Positions 36,945 through 45,534 of a stretch of 64,000 bases of DNA are shown in pieces (within the stretch, counting starts at the first letter, position 1; each line of letters starts with the position of its first letter). The translations under genes and the position numbers were made by a program. The notes beneath the pieces are model-generated. The model searched no databases and had not been told where the DNA came from. It worked only from the letters and a program-made list of their open reading frames with translations. The DNA lies in IMG/VR virus record IMGVR_UViG_3300010344_000600, positions 18,039-82,038 of that record; one strand, written 5' to 3'. Source of the DNA: a virus. Taxonomy: Duplodnaviria; Caudoviricetes.

Positions 36945-38752
36945 ACTACCTCAGCGTCTGCTCTGGAATCGAAGCCGCGACGTGCGCATGGCGTCCGCTT
37001 GGGTGGAAGCCGTTCGCCTTTTCGGAGATCGAACCCTTCCCCAGTCTGGTTCTCGATCACCACTACCCAGACGTGCCGAATCTGGGCGACATGACAAAGT
37101 TCAAGGAGTGGCCTGATGCAACTATCGATGTTCTCGTTGGAGGAACTCCATGTCAGTCATTTAGCATCGCCGGAATGCGAAAAGGACTGGATGACCCGCG
37201 TGGCAACCTCATGCTTACCTACGGTGCCATTGCTGCAAAGTATCGGCCCCGATGGCTGGTATGGGAGAACGTCCCCGGCGTCCTGTCGAGTAACAGAGGG
37301 CGAGATTTTGGAACCTTCCTCGGGATGCTGGTGAACCTCGGGTATGGGTTCGCCTACCGGGTTCTTGACGCTCAATACGCCGGCCTGGCACAGCGACGCC
37401 GCCGTGTGTTCGTTGTCGGACATCTTGGAGACTGGCGACGTGCCGCAGCGGTACTTTTTGAGCGCCACAGCCTGTCGGGGAATCCTGCGCCGAGCCGAGA
37501 AAAGGGGAAAGGAGCTTCCGGAAGCGCTGATGGATGCATTGTTGGCAGTATCTGCGCAGATAGCCACCCCGGATCATACAGCGGACAAGATGCATACACC
37601 GGACGCTTTATCTGCCATTCGCTTCGTGGCGAAGGTTTCGACGCCAGCGAAGACGGGACCGGCCGCGGAACTCCTTTGATTGCCATTCAAGGCTCGATGA
37701 TCGGTCGATCTGAGCTATCTGGACCGGCCGGTCCAGGATGGTCTGACGATGGCGTGAGTTTTACCCTTACCAAGACTGACCAGCACGCTGTCGCCTTCGC
37801 GCAAAACCAGCGAGACGAAGTGCGGTTGATGGACGTGGCTGGATCTCTGGCCGCTGAACCGGGGGCGAAGCAGCAAACCTACGTAAAGGGAGGAATGAAG
37901 GTGCGCCGGCTGACGCCAAAAGAGTGTGAAAGATTGCAGGGCTTTAATCCGGTTCTGGATATTGTGAGGATCGAAGGATGTTTCGACCATCAAAAGAAAA
38001 ATGCGACTGTGGAAATACAAAGTCACAGGTTGCAAAGCAGTGCTTGGAATGCCGCCGAAAGCGATTATCTGAAATTTGCCAATACTGCGGCAAAGAATTC
38101 TATTACGCGCCAAGCCGGAAAAGGGTTACATGTAGCCCTGTATGCGCATCAATGCTTCGAGGCAAATCCTCTGGTGTTACTCAGATCAGACGGCGCGTTG
38201 AAATCAAGTGCGAGCAGTGCGGAAAAACGCAATTGGTCCCGAAGTCTTATCAAGGAAGAAGATTTTGCAGCGTCAATTGCTCTGCATTGGGAAAGTCTGG
38301 TGAAAAAAACCACTCATGGAAAGGCGGAATTACAGCAAAGCATCAGTCTTTCTTTTCTGGACGAGAGTGGAAAAGCAAGTGCAGAGAAGTATGGAGAAGG
38401 GAGCGAGGCAAGTGCCAGCGCTGCGGATATCGATGTGATAAGGGAGAGGTTCATCACGTCGCATCTTGGGCGCGTAACGCCGACTTGCGACTCACCGAAA
38501 GCAACCTCGCTCTGCTCTGTTATCCGTGCCATAAGTTTGTTCATTCCAAACGAAACATCAGCCGAGAGTTTCTGCTTCGACCTCGTTCTTGAGCGCGACT
38601 ACACAAACATCCTCGTTCGCGGAAAGCCTGCTGCCGATGGGCCGAGATACAAGGCTTTGGGGAATAGTTTTGCGGTCCCTGTGGTTCGGTGGATAGGTCA
38701 AAGAATCCAACAAGTGGAGGATGCATGTTCATCTGCAAAAGCTGCGGTATAG
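36941..38752 (+). CDS. dcm: C5-cytosine DNA methyltransferase with an in-frame ~215-aa insertion
   Basis: CSGIEA (I), GGTPCQSFS (IV), WENVPG (VI), QRRRRVF (VIII), RRLTPKECERLQGF (IX), insertion, then DYT...GPRYKALGNSFAVPV (X). Confidence 0.93.
   Translation: MNYLSVCSGIEAATCAWRPLGWKPFAFSEIEPFPSLVLDHHYPDVPNLGDMTKFKEWPDATIDVLVGGTPCQSFSIAGMRKGLDDPRGNLMLTYGAIAAKYRPRWLVWENVPGVLSSNRGRDFGTFLGMLVNLGYGFAYRVLDAQYAGLAQRRRRVFVVGHLGDWRRAAAVLFERHSLSGNPAPSREKGKGASGSADGCIVGSICADSHPGSYSGQDAYTGRFICHSLRGEGFDASEDGTGRGTPLIAIQGSMIGRSELSGPAGPGWSDDGVSFTLTKTDQHAVAFAQNQRDEVRLMDVAGSLAAEPGAKQQTYVKGGMKVRRLTPKECERLQGFNPVLDIVRIEGCFDHQKKNATVEIQSHRLQSSAWNAAESDYLKFANTAAKNSITRQAGKGLHVALYAHQCFEANPLVLLRSDGALKSSASSAEKRNWSRSLIKEEDFAASIALHWESLVKKTTHGKAELQQSISLSFLDESGKASAEKYGEGSEASASAADIDVIRERFITSHLGRVTPTCDSPKATSLCSVIRAISLFIPNETSAESFCFDLVLERDYTNILVRGKPAADGPRYKALGNSFAVPVVRWIGQRIQQVEDACSSAKAAV
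37946..38590 (+). mobile_element. Dual-frame homing-endonuclease insertion in the MTase gene
   Basis: Lies between QGF and ERDYT; ~645 nt (ends uncertain by a few codons); visibly more AT-rich than the flanks; no stop in the MTase frame. Confidence 0.8.
37978..38592 (+). CDS. Multi-zinc-finger HNH endonuclease nested out of frame in the MTase gene
   Basis: Own RBS (GAGGA/GAAGG); CxxC fingers, GEKNHSWKGG, CQRCG..EVHHV..NLALLCYPCHKFVH. Confidence 0.9.
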   Translation: MFRPSKEKCDCGNTKSQVAKQCLECRRKRLSEICQYCGKEFYYAPSRKRVTCSPVCASMLRGKSSGVTQIRRRVEIKCEQCGKTQLVPKSYQGRRFCSVNCSALGKSGEKNHSWKGGITAKHQSFFSGREWKSKCREVWRRERGKCQRCGYRCDKGEVHHVASWARNADLRLTESNLALLCYPCHKFVHSKRNISREFLLRPRS

Positions 38753-39318
38753 AAAAACCGTGCTCTGACTACCGTATCCACAAAAAAGGCTATCGAATCG
38801 GCAAGTGCCGCGAGTGTGAGCGCGCATATCAGAGGGAATTTTCACGGCGCGACCCAGAGAAATATAGGGAGCGTAAGCGCCAGTCAATGGCAAAGATACG
38901 GGCCGCAGACCCGGAGGCTGCGCGCGCTTATAGTCGTGAATACCATCACGCAAACCGCGAACATCAACTAGCGAAGATGCGCGAGTACCAATCAAGGCGG
39001 TTCTTCTGGTCGCGCGCTAAGAAGTGCCTAGGCGCTACGGTACATGCAGCAGAATTATCCAAACTTTGGAAGATACAGCGCGGACGCTGCGCTCTAACTG
39101 GACGGAGGCTTGATAGAACGGCGCAAGTTGATCACAAAATTCCGCGCGCTAAAGGTGGGAAGGACGAAATTGAAAATCTTCGATGGGTTTGCGCTGAAAT
39201 AAATTATGCGAAGCGCGACATGTCAGACGATGAATTGCTTGATATGTGCTTGGATTGCATGTCTTGGATAGGCCGCAGGATTGCGATGGTTGATGCGCGG
39301 AAGGATGAAAAGTCATGA
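38725..39318 (+). CDS. HNH endonuclease overlapping the MTase 3' end
   Basis: RBS GGAGG, ATG 38725; CALTG..QVDHKIPRAKGG..NLRWVCAEINYAK. Confidence 0.85.
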   Translation: MFICKSCGIEKPCSDYRIHKKGYRIGKCRECERAYQREFSRRDPEKYRERKRQSMAKIRAADPEAARAYSREYHHANREHQLAKMREYQSRRFFWSRAKKCLGATVHAAELSKLWKIQRGRCALTGRRLDRTAQVDHKIPRAKGGKDEIENLRWVCAEINYAKRDMSDDELLDMCLDCMSWIGRRIAMVDARKDEKS

Positions 39319-39854
39319 GCCGCATAACCCTTGTTCGCAGTGCCGACCCAATGCCCGGGGAGCCCATCCTCGTGGCGGTGCGCGGATTCCTGTTCGGCTT
39401 GTTCGATGGCTGGAACAAGGACGACAAGATCGGCTGGCGAAAATTATGGGCGCGCTTGTTGGCGCTGGCGCCGGGGGAGTTTGCGGTTGTTGAGTTTGTA
39501 ATTCCCAGAAATGCAAAGTTTCACCGAAAGTTTTTCTCAATGCTGAACTTCGCTTTCGATTCATGGGAGCCAAAGCGGACGCGGAAAACCTACAAGGGAA
39601 AAGAGGTAGTCAAGAACTTCGAGCGATTCCGCAAAGACGTTTTGATTATGGCCGGGTTCTATGACCAGACGTTCGATCTGCGGGGAAACATGAAGCTTGA
39701 GGCGCACAGCATTAGTTTTTCAAGCATGGATGACGCGGAGTTTGAGCAGGTCTATTCCGCTGTTGCAACGGTGATTATTGAGCATGTTCTGACGGGCTAC
39801 TCCGGCCGCGAAGAGTTTGATCGTGTTGTCGAGAAGATGATGGGGTATCTATGA
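39315..39854 (+). CDS. DUF1367-like nin-region protein
   Basis: PRNAKFHRKFF..L..AF, FRKDVLIMAGFY, SISFSSMDDAEF. Confidence 0.8.
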   Translation: MSRITLVRSADPMPGEPILVAVRGFLFGLFDGWNKDDKIGWRKLWARLLALAPGEFAVVEFVIPRNAKFHRKFFSMLNFAFDSWEPKRTRKTYKGKEVVKNFERFRKDVLIMAGFYDQTFDLRGNMKLEAHSISFSSMDDAEFEQVYSAVATVIIEHVLTGYSGREEFDRVVEKMMGYL

Positions 39855-40486
39855 AGTTGGAAGACTTTTCTGGACAGCGTTTTGGCAGGCTTTCTGTGAT
39901 TTCAAGAACTGAGAAAGGAGGGAAGTATGTTCGCTGGTCTTGTGTGTGCGATTGCGGGAACTTCGCCACTGTTTCATCGACGCATCTGAAAACTGGCCAT
40001 ACCAAAAGCTGCGGCTGTGTTCGCAACGAGATTGCTTCCGACCGAGCAAGATCAATGGCCAAGCATGGCATGTGGAATACGCCAGAGTGGAATTGCTGGA
40101 AGGCAATGAAAGACAGATGCCTTCGGAAAACTCACAGCAAATACCATCTTTACGGAGGGCGAGGGATAACGGTTTGCCAAGTGTGGATTGATTCATTTGA
40201 TATGTTTTTTGCTCACATAGGCCATCGTCCAGGTCCGTCTCATTCAATCGACAGGATCGACTCAAGCAATGGATATGAACCAGGAAATGTTCGATGGGCA
40301 GACAATTTCCAACAAAACAACAACAAGCGAAACAACGTAACAATTGAGGTTGACGGTGTTTCGATGACTGCCGCCGAGTTGTCTCGGCGCTTTGGGATAA
40401 CTCACCGCGCGGCTGTTTACAGGATTCGGAATGGCTTGCCGATTGGGGGAGAAAATGAGAATCGACCAACCTCCGACCGCGTGTGA
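39851..40486 (+). CDS. HNH homing endonuclease
   Basis: GQRFGRL, WSCVCDCG, YGGRGITVC..W, SIDRIDSSNGYEPGNVRWA..QQNNNKR. Confidence 0.9.
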   Translation: MKLEDFSGQRFGRLSVISRTEKGGKYVRWSCVCDCGNFATVSSTHLKTGHTKSCGCVRNEIASDRARSMAKHGMWNTPEWNCWKAMKDRCLRKTHSKYHLYGGRGITVCQVWIDSFDMFFAHIGHRPGPSHSIDRIDSSNGYEPGNVRWADNFQQNNNKRNNVTIEVDGVSMTAAELSRRFGITHRAAVYRIRNGLPIGGENENRPTSDRV

Positions 40487-40583
40487 TGCCTATCACGCGC
40501 ATGCTGCGCCGTATTTGTGGCGGCACTTGGGCGACGGGTCGCACGAAATGATCAACCAGATTCTTGAGGGGTTCAACGAATGA
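40455..40583 (+). CDS. 42-aa ORF, possible orphan 3' gene fragment
   Basis: RBS GGGGGAG; ATGA overlap with the next gene; HAAPYLWRHLG..HEMINQILEGFNE. Confidence 0.45.
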   Translation: MRIDQPPTACDAYHAHAAPYLWRHLGDGSHEMINQILEGFNE

Positions 40584-40867
40584 GCAGCTTGTGGATGGGC
40601 TTGATCGCCCAAGTCCCTTGTGTCGTCTGTGCGCAGATGGGGGTGGAGTCGCCATCAGTGGTGCATCACATGCGCGACGGAAACCTCGGCAAGCGAGAGT
40701 CAGACCACCTGACGATAGCGCTTTGCCCGGAGCACCACGTTGGCGACTACTCGATCCACAAAGACCGAGACCGCTTCGAGCGCCAATTTGGGCGCGAAAT
40801 TCTGCTGCTGGCCGAGACGGTCAAGGGTGTTGAGCGCATCCTGAAGCGCCAGGGAGTGCGGGCATGA
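40580..40867 (+). CDS. Ref/DUF968-like small HNH-fold nuclease
   Basis: CVVC..VHH..G..RESDHLTIALCPEHH..IH..FERQFG.E. Confidence 0.8.
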   Translation: MSSLWMGLIAQVPCVVCAQMGVESPSVVHHMRDGNLGKRESDHLTIALCPEHHVGDYSIHKDRDRFERQFGREILLLAETVKGVERILKRQGVRA

Positions 40868-41208
40868 CGCGCGCCATGTATGCTCTAGGCCGGCTTAAAC
40901 AAGGCCAGATGAACAAGACAGAAATGGCTTATGCGAATCATCTTGAGTTGTTAAAGCAATCTGGACACGTCGCCTGGTTCAAGTTCGAGGGAATAAAACT
41001 ACGCTTGGCAGACAACACTTTCTATTCACCTGATTTTGCAGTGATGTTAGTGAGCGGTGTTTTGCAGATGCACGAAGTAAAAGGGTTTTGGCAAGATGAT
41101 GCAAAAGTGAAGATAAAGGTAGCTGCAGATATCTACCCAATCGAATTTATTGCTGTTAAAGCCAAAGCAAAGAAAGATGGCGGCGGATGGGATGTTGAGT
41201 TGTTTTAA
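40864..41208 (+). CDS. DUF1064-like PD-(D/E)XK protein
   Basis: MNKTEMAY..L, LRLADNTFYSPDF, HEVKGFW. Confidence 0.85.
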   Translation: MTRAMYALGRLKQGQMNKTEMAYANHLELLKQSGHVAWFKFEGIKLRLADNTFYSPDFAVMLVSGVLQMHEVKGFWQDDAKVKIKVAADIYPIEFIAVKAKAKKDGGGWDVELF

Positions 41209-41222
41209 GTCGGGAATAAATC

Positions 41223-42302
41223 ATGGAAAGAAAACCAAAAGAACCGAATTGTGTTTGCAAAACTTGCAGCAAGCCATTCCGAGTTCCTCCATCACAGATA
41301 AGAGCAGGAAGAAAGTATTGCTCGGTATCGTGCGTGCCATCATCCGGAGAGAATAACCACAATTGGAAGGGTGGTATGGCGGACCGCACTTGCGAATGGT
41401 GTGGAGTTAGGTTTGAAACCAAGCAAAATACTGTTCGGCGCGGACACGGAAAGTTTTGTTCAAAGAAATGTACTCTTAAAGCAACTGGCCAGAATATTTC
41501 TGATAGCGCTAGAAATAAGCGGGTAATTAGAAATTGCGAGGTGTGTCGAAAAGAAATAAGTATTAAGCCCAGTCACGCAGGATTTGAAGGTAAATATTGC
41601 TCACGTTCATGTATGGCCGTCGCCTACAAATATCGGTTTACGGGAGTCGATAATCCAAACCATAGGCACGGAAGATCAGGAGAAAAGCGCCTGCTGCGCG
41701 GCATGTACATGGACAAGGATATTGTCAGGCTGTGGGTTCGGCAGCGCGGGGGTTGTGCTATGTGCGACGCATCTCTTGATCGTGACGGAATGCACCGTGA
41801 CCACATCATACCGATAGCACGCGGAGGAAGTAACTTTATTGGGAATATTCAGTTGCTGTGCGCTCAGTGCAATCTACGTAAGGGGTCGCTGCTTCCAGTC
41901 GAGTATCGATACAGGTCAGGAGTTCGTAGCAAGGAGTTTGAATTGTCAAAACTTCTGTCTTGGGTTCAAGTGCTAGATGTTGAAATACCAGAGTTGCGGA
42001 TGATGCGCCGCATGTCTTTTTCTGGAAATATCCAACAACAAGCTTTTTCCAAACAATCCACCATTGGATTAAGCGCTGGAGTTCCTGATTTGAACTTGCC
42101 GACCGCGCGGGCCGGGTTCCATGGTCTGTATCTGGAAATGAAGGTCGGGCGCAACAAGCCGAGCGAAGCGCAAATCGAGTGGATCAATGATCTGGAAAAC
42201 GCCGGCTATGCCTGCTATGTGTGCTATGGCTGGATGGCAGCGGCGAGGGTGATCAAGGATTATCTGGAGGGTAGGCCGGTGGCGGGAAGGACACAGCGAT
42301 GA
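41223..42302 (+). CDS. Zinc-finger HNH endonuclease fused to a VRR-NUC domain
   Basis: CxxC/FCSxxC fingers; HRDHIIPIARGG..NIQLLCAQCNLRKG; AGVPDL..GLYLEMKV..KPSEAQIEW..L..AGY. Confidence 0.85.
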   Translation: MERKPKEPNCVCKTCSKPFRVPPSQIRAGRKYCSVSCVPSSGENNHNWKGGMADRTCEWCGVRFETKQNTVRRGHGKFCSKKCTLKATGQNISDSARNKRVIRNCEVCRKEISIKPSHAGFEGKYCSRSCMAVAYKYRFTGVDNPNHRHGRSGEKRLLRGMYMDKDIVRLWVRQRGGCAMCDASLDRDGMHRDHIIPIARGGSNFIGNIQLLCAQCNLRKGSLLPVEYRYRSGVRSKEFELSKLLSWVQVLDVEIPELRMMRRMSFSGNIQQQAFSKQSTIGLSAGVPDLNLPTARAGFHGLYLEMKVGRNKPSEAQIEWINDLENAGYACYVCYGWMAAARVIKDYLEGRPVAGRTQR

Positions 42303-42703
42303 AAACGGCTACGGAAAGCAGGGACTTATCCGTCCGTCCCGAAGAAAGCCTCATGGGAACGCTGCCAAACGAGTGGGTGCGCAGTCACTTTGCGCAGTGC
42401 GTGATGGAATGGGCACGCACTCAGATCGCCCTTCCCGAACTATCTGCGGGTCTGCTGTATGGTCCGGGTGGCGATGGCCCTGACCTGATCCTGTTCGCGC
42501 ACGGATGTGGGTTGTTCGTCTATTTCACAACCCGTGAGGCAAACGATCTTCCCGAGCCGGTGCACTGCTGGGTGAATCGCTGGGCGGCGGCCGGCGCACC
42601 GAGAGCCGCGACCTTTGCAACCAGTTCCGTATTCGGCGCGTGTTCGCTGCTCGTCGATCACCTGCAGCCGCATCTGCTGGACATCGAAGGGTGGGCACAC
42701 TGA
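42299..42703 (+). CDS. Hypothetical protein, possibly a degenerate VRR-NUC paralog
   Basis: EW..PEL..GPDLILF..GLFVYF pattern lacking the ExK motif. Confidence 0.55.
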   Translation: MKTATESRDLSVRPEESLMGTLPNEWVRSHFAQCVMEWARTQIALPELSAGLLYGPGGDGPDLILFAHGCGLFVYFTTREANDLPEPVHCWVNRWAAAGAPRAATFATSSVFGACSLLVDHLQPHLLDIEGWAH

Positions 42704-42990
42704 TGCGCTGCCCATCCTGCAATGGACAATCCATGGTGCTGGAGCGTCGTGGCCAGCGTCGGCGGCGGCAATGCCTGAAGTGCGGTAGGCGCTGGACGAC
42801 GATGGAATCCTTGGTCGGCATCAAGCCGGTCTCGCTTCCGCCCGTGCTAGCCAAGCTAAGCACGCAATCCAAGCCAGTCAGGCGTTTAATACGGCAGGAA
42901 TCCAAGCCGATCGACGATGCCCCTGACGATCCGAGCGACGTCGACGAATACCTGCATAGCAACTTACCGGAGCTTTTCAATGGACGCTGA
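42703..42990 (+). CDS. Zinc-ribbon protein (NrdR-N-like)
   Basis: MRCPSCNG..RRRRQCLKCGRRWTTME; TGATG overlap. Confidence 0.75.
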   Translation: MRCPSCNGQSMVLERRGQRRRRQCLKCGRRWTTMESLVGIKPVSLPPVLAKLSTQSKPVRRLIRQESKPIDDAPDDPSDVDEYLHSNLPELFNGR

Positions 42991-43495
42991 TTACGTACCG
43001 CCCTCTGCCGTCGAGCGCCTGGCCGTCGCCCGGTGGACGGACGACCTGACGGTCAAGAAATGCCGTTGTGACGTGGACGTGCTGATTGCGGCTGGCTTTG
43101 CGGCGCTGCGCACCAATCTCGGCGCGGCGGCGCTGGTCAATCTGCGGTTTTCGCTGACGCCCGGTGACTGGGCGCTGGCGCTGGACCGGGCAACGGAACT
43201 GGCGCAGCGCATCAGCCATGCCGAGAAATGGCACTTCGAGGATCGGCAGATCCTGGCGCTGGCCAGAGCCGCGCTCAAGCATTTTCTGGTACCGGTGTGC
43301 CCGGAATGCCGCGGGCAGCGCTTCGAGGAAATCCCCGGCACGCGCCGGCTGGGTAAAACCACCTGCAAGGCGTGCCATGGGACCGGTGAGCGCCCGTTAC
43401 CAAGGGAGTCGTCGCGCCAGATGCGCGCCATTCTCTCGTTGATGGAGCAGGATCAGGCGAATGTGAATTCGGCGTTGAAGGGGGTGTTGCGGTGA
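42980..43495 (+). CDS. Putative Q-like antiterminator
   Basis: CPECRG...CKACHGTG zinc fingers; end of the nin-like region. Confidence 0.6.
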   Translation: MDADYVPPSAVERLAVARWTDDLTVKKCRCDVDVLIAAGFAALRTNLGAAALVNLRFSLTPGDWALALDRATELAQRISHAEKWHFEDRQILALARAALKHFLVPVCPECRGQRFEEIPGTRRLGKTTCKACHGTGERPLPRESSRQMRAILSLMEQDQANVNSALKGVLR

Positions 43496-45063
43496 GCAAA
43501 CTTTCCTATCAGTTGCATCGCGGGGATTGCCTTGAGTTTGTAAAGACTATTCCGGACAACAGCATCGATTCGATTGTGACAGATCCCCCGTATCACCTGA
43601 CAACGGGAAAGAAAGGCGGAACAGGGTCTGCCTCTATAAATCTCAACTCGCCAGCGGGACGGTCTTTGATATCGACAGGGTTCATGGGGATGTCCTGGGA
43701 CGGCGGCGACATTGCGTTCAGCGTTGAGTTGTGGTCGGAGTGCCTGCGGGTGTTAAAGCCAGGGGGGCACTTGTTGGCTTTCTCAGGATCTCGAACCTAT
43801 CACCGCATGGCATGCGCGATCGAGGATTCTGGGTTTGAGATTCGAGACAATATTGCCAGGTTCTATACAGGCGATGAGGATATATCCGATTTCCTAGATA
43901 GCCTAACGCACGTGCAACGGGAGAAGTTTCTTGACGCGTTCGGGCGCCCTGCAATTGTTGAATGGGTTTACGGCTCAGGATTCCCGAAAAGCCTAGATGT
44001 GTCGAAGGCGATTGATAAATCGGCGGGAGCTGACCGCGAAGTTCTTGGGGTTATTGATTCTCGTGTAAAATTCGACGGGCGAGACAGGGCATCATCGGCC
44101 ATGAACAATAAATGGAGGGCGGCAGAAGGACGATCTGATATTCGAGATTTTAGTAAAAAAGAACTTTCAACCCCTTCGACCAACGAAGCCAAGCAGTGGG
44201 AAGGTTGGGGAACTGCCCTTAAACCCGCTCATGAACCGATCTGCTTGGCCAGAAAGCCGATCTCCGAGAACACTGTCGCAGCCAACGTCTTGGAGCATGG
44301 GGTAGGCGCTGTGAATATTGATGGGTGCCGCGTCGAGCCAACAGGAGAAAGGCTTGGTGGAGGCGATGAAAGTGGCAAAGTAAGCAAGCCGGAGGGATGG
44401 GCGAGGCCGTGGATGGATGATGCTGAGCACGTTGCGACTCATAGCGCAAAGGTCACAGCAAATGTAGAAAAAGCGACCAAGCTCGGGCGCTGGCCGGCAA
44501 ACTTAATTCACGACGGAAGCGATGAGGTTGTCGCGTTGTTTCCAGAAGCCAACAGTGCGCGCGCAAGTGGAAATCCAAACAACCCAAAACACGGAAGAAA
44601 ATGCGATCCAACCTCGTATAACTGGAATCCAGAGAGAGTGTCTCATGACTTCCGAGATACCGGAAGCGCAGCCCGCTTCTTCTACTGCGCAAAGGCGTCG
44701 CGTTCCGACCGTAACGAAGGTCTTGATGGACCAGGCCCGCAGTTTAAGCATGGCGCAACGCTGAGACAGGTAGAAAACACAGAAACAAAAGGGAATAACC
44801 ACCCGACCGTTAAGCCAACTGCGTTGATGCGGCATCTCGTGCGTCTGATTACGCCACCTGGAGGCGTCGTTCTTGATCCATTCATGGGTAGCGGATCAAC
44901 AGGAAAAGCGGCCATCCTCGAAGGATTCAGGTTTATCGGGGTCGACAAGGATGACGACGGAGAAGGAAATCCACTTGGCTATATCGACATTGCCGAGGCT
45001 CGTATCAAGCATGCCGTCAATCAAAAGATGGAAGAAACAGCCCAGAAATCACTTGACCTGTAG
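43492..45063 (+). CDS. Beta-class N4/N6 DNA methyltransferase
   Basis: IVTDPPY (IV), HPTVKP, VLDPFMGSGSTG (I). Confidence 0.92.
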   Translation: MSKLSYQLHRGDCLEFVKTIPDNSIDSIVTDPPYHLTTGKKGGTGSASINLNSPAGRSLISTGFMGMSWDGGDIAFSVELWSECLRVLKPGGHLLAFSGSRTYHRMACAIEDSGFEIRDNIARFYTGDEDISDFLDSLTHVQREKFLDAFGRPAIVEWVYGSGFPKSLDVSKAIDKSAGADREVLGVIDSRVKFDGRDRASSAMNNKWRAAEGRSDIRDFSKKELSTPSTNEAKQWEGWGTALKPAHEPICLARKPISENTVAANVLEHGVGAVNIDGCRVEPTGERLGGGDESGKVSKPEGWARPWMDDAEHVATHSAKVTANVEKATKLGRWPANLIHDGSDEVVALFPEANSARASGNPNNPKHGRKCDPTSYNWNPERVSHDFRDTGSAARFFYCAKASRSDRNEGLDGPGPQFKHGATLRQVENTETKGNNHPTVKPTALMRHLVRLITPPGGVVLDPFMGSGSTGKAAILEGFRFIGVDKDDDGEGNPLGYIDIAEARIKHAVNQKMEETAQKSLDL

Positions 45064-45068
45064 ACCGG

Positions 45069-45317
45069 ATGACCATGAAACCAAGACACATCCCCCGCAA
45101 ACAACCCCGGAACATCACGCTTTCCACGCTCGGTAACGTTGTCGCCGGGCCGCGTGCGGTGATCGAAACTGAGCGCGTCGTTAACCGCGCGATTGCAATG
45201 CGCGATGACCAGGCAATGCTGGTCTCCGCACAGGAGAAACGTGAGCGCAAGGCGGCCAAGGCGGCGGCGCTGGTCCGGCGTAACAACCAAAAAAGAAAGG
45301 ACTGCAATGGTCTCTAA
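45069..45317 (+). CDS. Basic hypothetical protein
   Basis: Operon position. Confidence 0.6.
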   Translation: MTMKPRHIPRKQPRNITLSTLGNVVAGPRAVIETERVVNRAIAMRDDQAMLVSAQEKRERKAAKAAALVRRNNQKRKDCNGL

Positions 45318-45534
45318 GCTAGCAACGATAGATTGCCTACCCGGACAGCAATGGAGTGCGCCGGCCGCCCTTGGCGACGCCATGGCTTCGGTGGATGACT
45401 CGACCAAGATAGTCATCCTGTTCCTTGATGAAAACAACCACCTACGCATGCGATCGGCCAATGTCAGCTATGCCGAAGCTCACCTGATGCTGCTGCAGGA
45501 AGCAAAAATTGTCCTTGATGAGTCGATGGAATGA
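45307..45534 (+). CDS. Hypothetical protein
   Basis: RBS AAGGA, ATG 45307. Confidence 0.65.
   Translation: MVSKLATIDCLPGQQWSAPAALGDAMASVDDSTKIVILFLDENNHLRMRSANVSYAEAHLMLLQEAKIVLDESME

Noticed and set aside
37946-38590. Intein or group I/II intron as the explanation for the MTase insertion
   Set aside because: No intein terminal residues or blocks in frame, and almost no non-ORF sequence to form a ribozyme core.
38775-38783. Second DnaA-box-like 9-mer (GTATCCACA)
   Set aside because: One mismatch, isolated, inside a coding region, with no origin context.
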